Shown here: one piece after another, positions 49,804-62,955 of the stretch
Numbering within the stretch: position 1 is the stretch's first letter
Layout of the letters: each line of letters begins with the position of its first letter
DNA from: Phoronis australis
Lineage: Eukaryota; Animalia; Phoronida
Reading direction: 5' to 3'
Length of the DNA: 64,000 bases
Assembly (NCBI GenBank): GCA_002633005.1
Contig: NMRA01000509.1
Coordinates: 33,648 to 97,647, forward strand
The notes under the pieces: model-generated
What the model saw: only the letters and a program-made list of their open reading frames with translations
Databases searched by the model: none
What the model was told of the DNA's origin: nothing
Translations under genes and position numbers: made by a program

Positions 49804-51216
49804 TAAAAGGTTATCTCCAACCTTATTTAGTGGCCTCCATGCTAACTCGTATATCAAAAAAACTAAGCTTTGTCAACTAGTAAAAGCATAAATTTTTGAA
49901 AGAACAAAGACCAGGAAATATGAATATACTTCTTGCATTTATGTGTCATTGTTATTTTTACGTAAAAACCTTTTTTAAATCGAAATTTCATTTTTAAGAA
50001 AGGAACATTCATAGCAAAATAACACCTCAGTCGATTTTAATGAAACCTTTTTTAAATGAAAACTTCACCAGTTACCGCAAAAACTCTGTTAGGAATTTTC
50101 GATTATTTTTTTCGTTTGGTTTCTACGACAAATCAAATCGCAAAACATAAGGTATTTATTTTTTGAAAAAATGAAGTCATATTCGTCTTTGTCACCTTAC
50201 GCAAAAACTAGGCCTTTATATCAAAAATCCTAACAGCGCTTTTGAGAATGATGAATAAATATTAAGTTTGGAAAGTTTCATTGATATCCATCAAGCCGTT
50301 TTTGAGAATTGGTGTTCCTAAGTTCAAAGAAAGTCGATTTGCCGAAGCCGAGAAAAAGCCGATTAAACTGGGACAAGTGAAAATCTCTTCCGTTATTACT
50401 GAGGTGAAAACTTGTTTTCGGTACACATAACCTATACAATCCTTAACTGCGTTAGCTTAGCTATTTCAACGTTCACTCGCAAGGTCAACTGATTTTGCAG
50501 GGCGTAAGTAACTTATCATTAAAACCTCAAATAGAGGTATTGTTCCCAGGCAACTTTTACTGTTGTTTACGACCTACTTTGGAAGTAGGTCACAGTTCAT
50601 AGCCTGCACACGTCACGTTATGGGAACAAGATACGAAACCAAGTAAGAAATGGATTACAAAAATGGAATCGGTGGTTAAAGTATGTCGTTAGCATGAGAT
50701 CGAAACTTGAGTGAAATGTCAACTTCAGGAATTAGAGTGAGGATTTATCTCTTTTCACTCTGTGTTCTAGCATGACCACATGCAGAGGCCTGAGGCGACT
50801 CGTAGCATCGTTTTCAACGTCAAGGGTCGTATGCATGTAGACGCACAACTCCCTTAGGATCAAAAGAACGTTTTGTCTTTGTTTTCCCCGGCACCATTCT
50901 ATCATAAGTACACCTCGTTGGCTCAATGTTATGGCGACTTTGTGAATGAAAGGACTGAGGGTAGCTCTGTACCTGGCGGGAGATTCGATTTAATTGAAAG
51001 CGCTTTAACTTTTGACCTTGGATAAGTAGTAAACAAATATCCACGAGGTTGCGCGGTTCCAAGGTGGTTCCGCTAAATCTTTTTTATTTTCTCGCTACGC
51101 GGTATATATTTTGTATTGGAAGTTCCCCGAGAATGAAGATAAGGTATTTTGCTAGACACAAGTGAAATATTGTAAAAATGGCCAATTTTTGTTAACAAAG
51201 TTGGTGATATCCTTAA
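49804..51216. mobile_element. Old non-autonomous TTAA-flanked element (Kolobok-like)
   Basis: Degenerate TIRs TTAAAAGGTTATCTCCAACC (49804) / AGTTGGTGATATCCTTAA (ending 51216), with an AT-rich non-coding interior. Confidence 0.4.
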
Positions 51217-52229
51217 CTGCTAACAAGGACTAATAAATTATTCACGTAAGTCATTACGTACTCGAGCATAGAATAATAGACACTCATCTTTAGTTCCCAC
51301 AAAAGTAGAGTAGAAAACAGCAAACAATTTCGAGTTCAGCACAAATATGCAATAGAGTGGAGTAGCTATTTGGGACTGATTCACTGGACCCCCAGCATCC
51401 GTGCCTGATGATATCTGAAATGGGTAGCGAATTGGGGTGGGTTGTGTTGAATGAAACTGGATTCAAGAGGGGTAGGGGGCTGAAAACCAGCCGAGCAAGA
51501 GATGGAATTCCTGTCTGCATTCCAATAAACGTGCTTTGTATGCCCATAGCCAAGACGCCTATTGAATACACAATCCATTTAGGGTAGATTTTACAATGCG
51601 TTTCAGCTCTCGCAAACCATTCACACTTTTTAAAATCAACTATAAGCACTTAATTAGCTAAGGCATAGTCAGCCTACATCGGCAGGTAAAAGTGACTAAC
51701 TTCAAAGTAAATAACATAAGGACGCCTTATTTCCTGACTTGATGTTTTAAGACCCGTGTCGAAACAAAAATCTAAAGAAAAGACATCGTCACTGAGTGTG
51801 ACGGGGTTTCCAAGGTAGTACACATACTACCGAAGTGCCCACCGATGTAAGACTCAATGTGCTTTTAAGAGAACACTTCCTTCGACACTTCTTATGGAAA
51901 ATTATCAAGGGGGTTACCAAATCATACAATTAATATTTATTAAGCACTGAAGTCCATATCATGATTACATGATATAAATTATTGACCAACGATGGCCAGA
52001 ATGTTAACTATGGGATCACAAGAAATAATTTAAATAAGTAACAGCGAATCAATAAAAACAATGAATAAATAAAAATAAATAATAAATAAAGAATAATCAA
52101 ACAAATATATGATAATATAACAATAATAAAATTAGTAAATAAGTAGTAATCGTAAATATTATAATCTTTTAGATCTGAGTGTATTATAACTGCAGAAAGA
52201 AATGAAACAAAGTAATCAATGGGCATAGA

Positions 52230-52515
52230 ATGAACTAATCAATAATTCCCAAAATCTTGAAACCAACCATAATTTTCTATATAAGCGATCAAATGCAGGG
52301 AACAGTTAAAACATGTTCAAATCACCCGGTCCATCCCTGGTTGACTGGCAGCAGTTTCACACAAAAACATTCTTTGTTTCAATCGTGAACATCGTGTATC
52401 TTAATCAGTAGGGAAGCAAAAAGTCACGAATTTTCAATTAACTGTTGCTGCAGACGCAGGTATTGCAAAAAGCACCGTTGCTTTTTACCGATTGGAGCCG
52501 TCATGTCTTGCCATA
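52230..52515 (-). pseudogene. Possible highly decayed THAP remnant
   Basis: GAFCNTCVCSN...CFPTD...CSLH pieces in shifting frames. Confidence 0.25.
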
Positions 52516-52819
52516 TTTGTTTATTGCACACAAGTCCGCTAGACGTCTCTACGGTCCAATAACAATAGCCGCCAGTGGCCGTCAAATGGGTTTTCGCTAG
52601 GTGATTTGTCTACCTCTCAATGGTCTCTGGACACGACATGACCTTACTCGGAAGCCAGACAGCGCGTGGCACGCGGTCCACCATATTGATGATGAATGCT
52701 ATGTAAACAAAAGCACGGTGGCCTTATGGAAGCCGGGGAATTTTCAGAATAAAATTTGAAATTTTAAATACTAACGAGGTTCTAAAGTATTGGTAACATA
52801 AAGCAAGGTAAACCTCACT

Positions 52820-54359
52820 TTTCAACCTTAAACAGTGGCAACAGGTTTTAGTGGTACAGAAGATTGAGCACTTGCATTTCTTGTTAAGAAAAGAAGTGTT
52901 AGGGTTAGCTAAGCGTGCAGCTTCCCTCAGTGTCACTGTCTTGTCCATATTTGGATTTATTTCTCCATGCCCTTACTGTGCCAAGTCACCTGCCCGGAAG
53001 CATCCTTTGACAATACCAAATGGAGAAACCAACCCATATCGGACATCGACATTATCACTGGCCTTGTAGATCTTGGCTGGAAGACGCCTCATTTCACAAG
53101 TTGTCCTGTCAGCCTTTGGGATTCCAAAAGTCACGTTGTCTCCTACACGGAATTCGCAGATGTTGTTACTGAACTCCTTCTTGTACCTATCTTTCATCCT
53201 TGCCGCATTCCTCACAGTTGCAACATGAGCTTCACACCTTACTTGTGCTCTCGTAGGCGACAAGGATTCAGGTGGAGTTGTTGTGCCACAATCTGCATCC
53301 GCCACACCTGAAATTAACTGAGAAGTACTACCATTATAAATTATTACTATCACTGTTACTGTTACTATTAAGAGACCTAGGAGTTGAAGTGGATGACTGC
53401 TCAGGGGAGCTAGTGGTTGAGGTGTTGGTGTTAGCACCCGGACTGCCAGCAGGGTGTTTACGTTCGGCTGGTGAAGTAGGAGTAGAGCAGATGTCCGGTG
53501 TCTCGCTTTTGGTGAGAGTTGTCGATGATGTAGCAGGTTCATCAGTCAGGTCTGGTAACTCAGTGTCAGTATGGCAAGAATTGTCAGTAGGGTTATGAAG
53601 AATGGAACAGGGTTTTTGTTCTTCTTACCATACATGTACATTACCTCGAAAGGTGACTTTTTCGTAGTCTCACAAACCTGATTGTTCATGGCATACATCA
53701 CTCGACCAAGCCACGACGCCCATGAGAATGGTGCTGCGCCATGTTCTGCCATCACCTTAGCAAGCTTTTGCCCTACGGTTTTGTTCCCCACTTCAACACA
53801 ACCTTGCGACTGCGAATCGGGCATGGCCGCCCATTCACAAAGGTGGTGTCGCCCCACTGCTGTGTTAGGTCCTTCAGCAACGCATTCTTGAATTCCCTTC
53901 CATTGTCAGAATGTATCACTGTCGGAAGACTAAGGTACGAGAACACCCTTTCCTCAAGCATCCTGGCAACTTCATGTGCAGTCTTAGACTCTAAAGGAAA
54001 TAGAATATGAAATTTAGAAAAGTAGTCAACAACATGGCAGATGAAATTGTACTTGCCGTCAGGACCATGCTACATGTCAATTAGGTCAACTTGCATGCGG
54101 GACCACAGGCTGTTCTCCACGATAGGCCGTAAAGGTGGACGGCAGGACTGAGGTTCACTCTTTTCACAAGTGGGGCATGTTCTGCAGAATTCTTCGATGA
54201 ACGTGCGCGGCACACCCGTGAAGTCCCTATCCGTGAGCTCTTTTACCTTCTTGTAGCCAGCATGAAGGAACTGCTCATGCACTCTTTTAACGGCGTCGTA
54301 GATCTTTGAGGTTGGAACGAGAACCCTGTAGTTGGCCAAGTTGCCGACATCTTGACATC
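52820..54359 (-). pseudogene. Ginger/GingerRoot-type (KRBA2/SCAND3-like) DDE integrase, main exon
   Basis: H2C2 finger VHEQFLHAG...CRTCPTC; QVDLIDM*; VVDYFSKF; IHSDNGREF; SQGCVEVGNK; SPFEVM(YM)YG; FRVGDNV...IPKADR; C-terminal CKCSIFCTTKTCCHC. Acceptor TTCTTTTATAG ends at 54360. Contains stops and frameshifts. Confidence 0.88.
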
Positions 54360-55250
54360 CTATAAAAGAACAGTGGAAATATGTAATATACATACGCATG
54401 CACAAGGTGATGCAAAATATGTACACGCACTAAAATGGAAAGGCCTTGAGGTCTGAAAAACATATTTGCCTAATTTCAACTTAGACGATACAGAGATAAG
54501 CGTAAAGGCTAAGACTTGCCAATAGACAAATTTGGACCAATTTCAGGCGGCTAACTTAAACGAAAAAAATCACTGTTGGCAACAGTCCCATCTAAATTCA
54601 GTCCATGACCTCTTATACCAGTCTGCTGCCACCAACGACAAGTGATTTGTTGTTAATTTAGAAAAAGGTATCATTTTTGTGAGTTCACGATGATATGCAC
54701 ATGCACTGCACATTGTCTAAATTTTCAAAGTGTAGTATAAATGGGACCTGTTTGAATTTTTAAGCTTGAACTCATATGCAATGCAAGTATATACAGTCAG
54801 GTAACCTATTTTAGTTCCATTCTCAATGGTTGCAAGCACTCATTGCCAAATTTCATTGAGATTGCACATGCATCATGCATGTGGTTTAGCAGATACAACA
54901 GTAAATACCGGTAACAGACAGACAGGATGACATTATACCCACACATGTGTTTGTGCAGAAAAATGGAATATGAATGAGACAACCTGATAAAAGAATTAGA
55001 ATGAAAGGCAAAACCCTGTAACTAAAGTTATAACTTTAAGATATACTGCAAAAGCATGATCTGAAGAACATTAAGTTGTTTTGAAGAACTTATGAGCTGA
55101 ATGAGCTGCCACTTCTTTCAGTTCTTGAAATCAACTCCAATTTAAAAAAAAAAAATGTGTTTTCAGAAGGCATATATTCAAGGAAGGTGTAAAATTCTCT
55201 AGTTTAGGATACTTAAATTGTATGCCGAAGAACACCATAAACTGTATTAA

Positions 55251-58200
55251 GAGGCAGTCCATATAAAAACCAGTAGATTTTCAAAAATCAGTCTATACGT
55301 CAAAATTTAAAACAACTTCATTTTTTTGTACATGGGTAGGTATCCTAACAAAAACCCAAATGCCAAATTTTGTGCACTCAATGACCCCTAATTTTGCCGC
55401 TAGAGCATGATAACACAAATTGGCAAAATTGGACATATTAGCCGTCTCAAAAATCGCACGTTTTCAGCAACAAAAATTAGTGTGTTACAAAATAGTTCAA
55501 AAGCTACATTTTGGTGGCTGAAATAACCACCGTATACTGTGGATAATTCTGTGCCATTTATTAAAATCTGACAGCTTTGTGCTGGACAGGGGAGATAATC
55601 CACAGACCACTTTTGGGGCTAATTTTAGTGGCCATTTTGTGACCTTCTTACAGCCATAAAACACCTTGTAGCCTTATGTGACGTTTTGAACATACAGTTA
55701 AAGAGTTAGTCTTGATGACTGAGCAATAAAAAATCTTGCCTCAACTTTGCACTTTAGTGAAAATTGTCTTGCAAAACTGTCTATTTTCATAGTTTGGAAA
55801 TGACGAGCAGAGTTTACAGACCATTTGAACACTAGAACTTTTAGGCAAGAAGTCTGCTTTAAATATTTATAGAAACCAAGTCTAAACTCTTTCAAATGAA
55901 AACGAGATGTTTTCCGGGTTTATTACGCGGCTAGTATCAAAACTGAGCCCGATGACCTTTGCCCACTGAGAAAGTCAGTTGCGGTTAAGCTTGAGGATAT
56001 ATAAAAAATGTACGTGTAACCCTCTTGTATTCTTTCATTTGTTTTACATTATCAGGTTAATTTAAACACTTTGTAGAACTTTTAAATGGAAATAAATGCC
56101 TTTAAGATTAAACGAGTAAGAATTGATAATTGTAATGACTGGTTTTGAGAGAAGCAAGTGCATTTTAAAAAGACAAAATGACTGACGATGTCGATGGGCC
56201 TTCATGTTCCTTTAGAGTTCATTCTGCAAAAAATCCGATCACAAAAGCCTTGTGCCTCAGTGAGTTATGTCAAAGACACCACTGAACATTTGAGATACAG
56301 GAAACTACCTCACAAAGCAAGGCCTGTGCCAGAGTACGGACTCGTACTTCCCAGAGTCGGTGAATTTCTGACTGAACAGGACCAGTCATGGAAGAGTGAG
56401 GTAATGCTGGATGTTACCACTCTGCTCCTCTCCTCCTGAACGTAGCAGCCTTGACAAATTCTACCGGCATTTCTGTTTCGAGATATGATTTTAGTGAAAG
56501 TCAGAATGGAAAGGATCTCTCTGATCGCAAGATCGCTCCACTCAAACAACAAGCAAAGTACTTTGTAGCCGAAGGTAACAATATCATAAACTTTCTGGAT
56601 TTGAAAGAAGCATCACTTTCCAGTGGTCGTGTGAAGAGATGTTATGTGTATGCATGTTCAGTCAATGTAACAAAGTCTTTTCCAAAATACTCAGTTCCTG
56701 GTATAAGCACATTCCCAAATTCCCACAATTCCACCAAAGTAATTCGCGTGTGGAAATCATTCCATGTAGGTGACGGTAAGTTCTTACAAATACTGACAAA
56801 ATGGGAAAACTATTTCTCTAAAATACACTAACATCTCTGGAATGGCGGATTTTCAACACCATGAGTTAAGGTTGGCATTGTATCTAGTGAAGAGCCTCAA
56901 CAAAAGTTCCCTTGTACCCAGCAAGGTTACTCAAAATTTTTGCTACAGACGCAGAACTAGGTCAGCATTTGGATGTGGGTAACCACACACATTTACAGAG
57001 GGAAACCACGTATGACCACATCGCACGACAGTGGTCAGAAATGCTTTCAGATACAAGAACCGGAGTGTCATTTGAGGCAGCCTCAGAGTACTATTTGGAT
57101 GAGACGAATCCTGAAGCAATAGGTTAGGCATTGAAAAAAGGTAAAAGGTCAACAAGATTTTCAGCAACGGTTAAGAACATCCTGACGAACATATTCGATG
57201 AAGGAGATAAGTCAGGTAAAAACGTTCACCCTCGGAAGTGCCAAAATGGAGAAAACATTACGAGAAAGTGTTTACCTGTGCTGTTAAGTGAATCGCAGAT
57301 TGGTGGATTTTTTCCAAGTTGCAGCAATGTTCATGACGATGCTATTTCTGCTGAAGATGCTGTTATGTCGTCACATTTACTGAATGAAGTGGTAAATGAG
57401 CTCAACGTTTAGCCTAGTTTTGTAGCATACCAGTCAAAGATGTGTGATATATGAAGTCGAGACCGTTACTTCTGTTTACTTGATGTCTGTCATGAATGAG
57501 TCATTAATAAAATTGTCTCTCGAGAAATATTTTTTATCGACTGTGAATGTGTACCTTTTATACCACTGATGATCACACTGGCAGAAATGTTCAGCGTTAG
57601 GGTGCCCGGTGTGTGGGGGGTGGAACACCAGGTTTCTGGCGACTGGTGGCGACTAAAATTTCTAGCAACCAGCAGCGACATTACAATATGAACCCAAAGT
57701 TACAATGACTATTTGCACTGAACACTAGGGGGCCATATCCACCTTGGGTGCCTTGCTTTGCCTGTGGCACGAAAAAGGTAGATCGAAAACAAGGCAGGGG
57801 TGCGTTCAGTAACACTAGAACCTCTCTAAAATTTATCCAAAACCACGTGTTCTCATTTAGAATGCAGAGCAATATCTCGCGAAGTTTTGAATTATAGCAA
57901 GGTCCTCGTGTTACTGCTCTTATTCTAGATGCGTCTTCAGTCTCCACGTAAACAAAAGCAGCGCCGTCTATCATTTAGAAGCACGCATGCCTGTTGATTT
58001 ACGTACATATTTGTTGTAATAAGCAATAATCATCAATGCCGTTCTCAGAGAATGGTAATTAATAATGCTGTCTGCCTTTTCTCCAAAATACAAGGTTTTT
58101 ATGTCGTGTTTCGCAAGCTAATTATATGTTCCAAGAGCCCCCTATTGGCAGCAGAGGCAATTGAGAACATACAAAAGGACGAAGTGCAGTTCGTGTAATG

Positions 58201-58707
58201 CTTCGCACACAAAAACTACATTAGAGGCAAGATTTTTTATTTTAGATTATGAACAGGTTAGGAATGACTGAACAAATTATTATAAAGTCAATTTCAGGAA
58301 AGGTGCGTTATGGCTGCTACAGAGTGCCAAATTTGGCCAAAAATGGCTTTAGTGAAAACCTGAAAAAAAGCCAGTTTTGCGTCACAAATTCAAAACGTAC
58401 AAATTTAAAAATGGATTGTGAAAGTTATGCCATTAAATTATTCAGCCATAGCCCTTTCAATTTGTATTATTCATGTGTTTTTACCTCACCACACACGCTA
58501 GTAAAATGCATTCAAACATGCCTACTTCGACGCCCAATTTTGTTGCAAAATGGAGGTACAGGTCATAAAAAGATAAATAATGAATGAAAATTCTTAAAAA
58601 GTGAGGCTTTTCTACATCTCAACAAACCAAACTCATGTGCTAAGTTTCAAAAAAATCGGTGATTTTCGGTATAGACTCTACCTGTTGGTTTTTATATGGA
58701 GTCACTC
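55251..58707. mobile_element. Sola3-type DNA transposon (deleted/degraded)
   Basis: GAG...CTC termini with TTAA on both sides (55247-55250, 58708-58711). TIR core TCCATATAAAAACCA / TGGTTTTTATATGGA. Confidence 0.8.
56440..57412 (+). pseudogene. C-terminal fragments of a Sola3 transposase
   Basis: RYDFSESQNGKDLSDRKIA...YFVAEGNNI; GIST; IRVWKSFHVGDGK; QHLDVGNH; G*ALKK...TRFS...FDEGDKSG; LSESQIGGFF. Confidence 0.7.
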
Positions 58708-59025
58708 TTAAATTGTTAGGCAATGTACAGAGGTGAGATACTGCTGTATTGGGTAGAGTTAAGAAGCTGTCTTCCAAAAAAAATTGCCAAAATCACCTGT
58801 GCTCATTTAAAATGTATGGCATTGTCTCCTGTACTCTCCCAAAGTCATGGTTTTTAGCAAGATCACAGTCATTGGTCATAGATTTACTAAACTCTAGCTA
58901 CAGTAAATTTGAATCATCCAACAATGTAAAAAAGAATGAAAGTTTGTGAAAAGGAAGGTTTGGAGCAGCTGGACACAACAAGAAATCTATAAAACTAGAA
59001 CAGCATGAACAGGGTGTATAAGGCT

Positions 59026-60990
59026 CAGTGGCGGATCTACGGGGGGGGGGNNNNNNNNNNNNNNNNNNNNNNNNNNNNNNNNNNNNNNNNNNNNNNNNNN
59101 NNNNNNNNNNNNNNNNNNNNNNNNNNNNNNNNNNNNNNNNNNNNNNNNNNNNNNNNNNNNNNNNNTCTTTTTCCGAAGAATTGCTATTGTGGCGGGCGCC
59201 GTGGTCTGGTCGCGAGTCCGTTTGAAGACACACTCTATAACAAGTTATGTCTATACAAGGAATGACCAAGGGGGCACTCACATTGAGAAAGTGACCGCAT
59301 TCGCGAAAAGTGTACAGTACCAGAAATTGCGGGGAGGCTGTTGTTTCACAACAAAGTCTTGCGGGACTCGTGCGATGTTCAAAAGGCCTCCTAAGAGCCC
59401 TAGTTCCGACCTCAACACCTACCGTCTGTCTACCTGCAATAAGCACACTGCCGTCTTCTATACTGGGAATTTCCGCAGAAAGGCTCATCCGATGAAACGC
59501 TCATGCCCATGGGCATTTATTTGATATTAGTACTTCCGGTTTCAAGCGTTCAGACATTGGGACGTTTATTTCGAAAATTGCAAGAGATACAAATAGGTCC
59601 TAGGATTCTTCGTCAAGGTTTGAAGTAGTTCATGATGAACGGGTCAAATTTAGTTGCGCATGTAAGTCTTTTGAATGGACTTGGCAACCTCAAGGTTTCT
59701 TAGTGTCAACTGAGCTGCGAAACGAGATGCTGACACTCAGTTGTAGAGGCTTACAAGCTCATTGACACAGCAGTTGACGAAGTGCAAGCGTTGGGAACAA
59801 ACATCGAAGATATCTGGGTAGAATGATTCCAAGACGAGCAAATCATTGGATCCGATATACAAATTCCTCGGCAGTCTAGACAACAGAAAGATAGGACTAA
59901 CGTATGATTAACCACTGGGGATTAAAATTTTAGAGAGAAGTTTTCAATTCAACATTTTTTGCATAGTACACTTTAGGTCTCGCGACGGACCAGGCCAGCT
60001 TGATTTGTGAAGATGTTGAGATTCAGTGTACTTCTGGTCCCTCGGCGAACTAGTCTTGTGATTTTTTTACCAAAGTGTGCTTTGTAAAACTATTCATCTC
60101 AGCCAGTGCTGTTTGGTCCCGCGACAGATCGACTATTTTTATACGGATAATAAGCACAGGTCAGTGTACTCTTGGTCTCGTGACGGACCAGGTCATCTTT
60201 TTATGTACTCTCAGTGTACATCTGGTCCCTCTGCAAACTAGTCCAGTGTAACTTTTCACCACTATGCACAGGATGTTTTGGTTTCGTGAAATTGTTTTCA
60301 GATGATTTGTTTCCTGATAGATTTGACGTTTTTCAATTGTTGTCAACGTGATTCAGCTTAATAAAGTGATACCTAATTATTTATTGTCGCTTTCAATAAT
60401 AGACTATGAGTTGAGAGCACCATCGTTCGCCAGTTTTTCTCGTAACGAGACAGAACACATGTTTATTTCCGGACTAACAGTACAGGTATTCGTTCTTAAA
60501 CAACTTGAGGCTGCTGTTACACGATCATCTGATATTCCAGTTTTACGCCCCGTCGGTGCTCCTTAATTTTGCTCTTGAATATTTGGAAATTGTCTAAGCC
60601 CCTGTATACACACCACACTTTTTCGTATACGACTTTTCGTATGCTAACAAAGTGTGTGTAAGCAGATGTTCCAACAAAAATTTTTGCTGGTGGCGTGACT
60701 CATACCCAGATGTGCACAATATGGTTTCACGAAACTTATGTGCCAAGTTCATGTGACGAAATCAAGAACGGTTTTTTATTATCTTAAGAAAAACTCCAGA
60801 GACATGTTAAGTGACATAAACTTACCAGAATGCATGGAAATTTCACTATTTGGCTACAAAAACAAAAAAATATCTTACACGGGAGGGGAAACCCCCCTCC
60901 CGACCTCCCCCCGCTCGGCGCTACTCGCATAGGATTGGACCTTGGCGGGAATCCTAAACCCCCCTTGCTGAAAACGTAGATCCGCCACTG
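59026..60990. mobile_element. hAT deletion derivative with ZMYM1/PRKRIR-like transposase remnants (spans a gap)
   Basis: Perfect 16-bp TIR CAGTGGCGGATCTACG / CGTAGATCCGCCACTG, with TAAGG on both flanks. Internal + strand remnant about 59735-59900: SVVEAYKLIDTAVDEVQALGTNIEDIWVE*FQD...IQIPRQSRQQKDRTN. Confidence 0.7.
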
Positions 60991-61015
60991 TAAGGTAATA
61001 ACCATGGGAAAGTCT

Positions 61016-61390
61016 GAGACTAGTGGAAGCCATATAAGCTGTCTAGAGATTATGAATAGAAAAACAGCAGGCGTAAATTGAGTAAGAATAAAGAGGAAGA
61101 GACGAACACATGCAGCATATGAAATTTGAATAGCATGAACTGGATTAACCCCTCGTGAAACTTGTGAGACTAGCAGAAGCCATATAAGCTGCCTATAGAG
61201 ATCATGAATAGAAAAACAGCAGGCGTAAATTGAGTAAGAATAAAGAGGAGGAGACGAGCACATGAAGTTTATGAAATTTGAATAGCATGAACTGGATTTC
61301 AATGGAAATATCCCTGGGAAATTCTAAGAGTAGCAGAAGCCACATAATCAATCCTGAATAGAAAAAATAACATGTAGAAAGTGAGTAGGT
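61016..61390. repeat. Tandem repeat of about 150 bp, roughly 2.4 copies
   Basis: GAGACTAG..GAAGCCATATAAGCTG...GAATAGAAAAACAGCAGGCGTAAATTGAGTAAGAATAAAGAGG starts at 61016 and 61166, with a decayed third copy. Confidence 0.85.
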
Positions 61391-62000
61391 TTAGTGGCAG
61401 CAGACACAAGAAGCCACAAATCAAGTGAAACAAAAGGCGCTGTCCAGAGACTACTGTACAATTAGGAAAGCCTCTCTACACATATTCTACATATATATTA
61501 CTTATGAATGTAAATTGAGAAAGAAATGTGAAATTAATGACAACATTGTATGATATCTGCATTTTGGTCTAGAAACAGGCAAACGAACTATCTACAAGAC
61601 TTATTGCATATTAGTAAAAGTTCATTTTCCACCTTACATTTGATTCAGCTTTCAAGGTAATAATAAAATTCATTAGATGACTGTTCACATGTATTTTGCT
61701 GACGTAAAGTGAGAAAAAGCGTGAACTCAAGAAGAAAATGCAGAGGACAATTGATATGGCTGATCAAATGTCCACTAGAGAAAAACTTCATGGCGAAGAG
61801 TAAATAATTAAGCAGTCAGATCTGGGATGTTCGCTAGGGGATCTGATGGACTACTAGTAGGAAACTAGTTTACCCAGTCTGCATATCACATGTTACACAA
61901 AACCCCTGCGCCCGTGTTGCTTGCCTACCTGATTGAAATTTGAGTATTTCCCATGTTTTTTTGGTGACAATAGGTATGCCATATACAGCATGCTAACCCG

Positions 62001-62144
62001 CAGTGGCGAATTTAGAGGGGTGGGGGGAAGGGGCCATGCTGCTCACCCACATTCCATTTGGCAGTTCAGGGGTGCGAATGTGTGACGAGCGAATCCTGGC
62101 TTATACTCTACCCCCCATAACTCAAAATTCTGCATTCGCCCCTG
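62001..62144. mobile_element. hAT-type MITE (CAGTGGCGGAT family)
   Basis: CAGTGGCGAATTTAGAGGGG ... AAAATTCTGCATTCGCCCCTG. Flanks CTAACCCG / CTAAGTCG match at 6/8, consistent with an 8-bp TSD. Confidence 0.7.
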
Positions 62145-62403
62145 CTAAGTCGACATATTATTCTTACAACTGAATGGTGTTACAAGTTATTTGGAAGGAA
62201 CGATGAAGTCTGATAACATTTCATATAAGGATATAGGCCAAATATTGACTAATAGACTATATAAACACCGTATTTGGCAAATCTGGTTACTTATGGCGAA
62301 TATTCAGATTTCAAGTGATAAACCATTGCTAACAGCTAGACCTGGCTTTAGTCAACGATAAGTTTTCTTGGATATAACTTAAATATATCAAGTGTTTTCC
62401 TAC

Positions 62404-62646
62404 CTTCCCTGGGAAAGCGCGTCAGTGACATTCATTTCTGGAAGATTCAGCACACGGATGTTCTTCTTGCCGATGGACCACTTTAACTTGGGATCACTGA
62501 CAACGCTAGCTATCTTGTCCTTAGAGTCGGTACGTTTTCAGCACCTCCAGGACTTTTGCGTATTTTTCGTCAGAGACGAATCGGCTGTTCTTTGCCTTCG
62601 CAGCTTCGGCAAGGTACTCATCCATGTGCTCACGATGCATGCTCAT
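62404..62646 (-). pseudogene. Probable first exon of the Ginger-like integrase
   Basis: MSMHREHMDEYL...FVSDEKYAKVLEVLK / DPKLKWSIGKK / VLNLPEMNVTDAL followed by AG|GTAGGA donor. Resembles the N-terminus preceding the H2C2 finger in KRBA2/NOL4-like integrases. Confidence 0.5.
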
Positions 62647-62955
62647 TTTGCCTAACCTACTTGATGAGATAAAAGAACGAAAATAGAAATCAAATACAGC
62701 CCTACACAGATAAAAGTTAGGCTAAAAAAATGCAGAAATCAAGGGGACTGATAAGCTGGTAAACACGTCGAAAAAATCAACACCAGTATCTAGTAACACT
62801 AAAAATCGGAATAAAAATGTGCAAAAACGTTAGAAGAAAATTCCTTATTGAACGCCAAGAACTTCTAAAAATTAAAATCTTCTATCTCAAAAATTAAACA
62901 CAAGAAATCCTTAACACGTCTGCACACCAAGAGCAACGAAACGACAGTAACCGCT

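Noticed and set aside
52008-52226. Hydrophobic 72-aa ORF resembling a membrane peptide
   Set aside because: Translation of low-complexity A/T-rich DNA.
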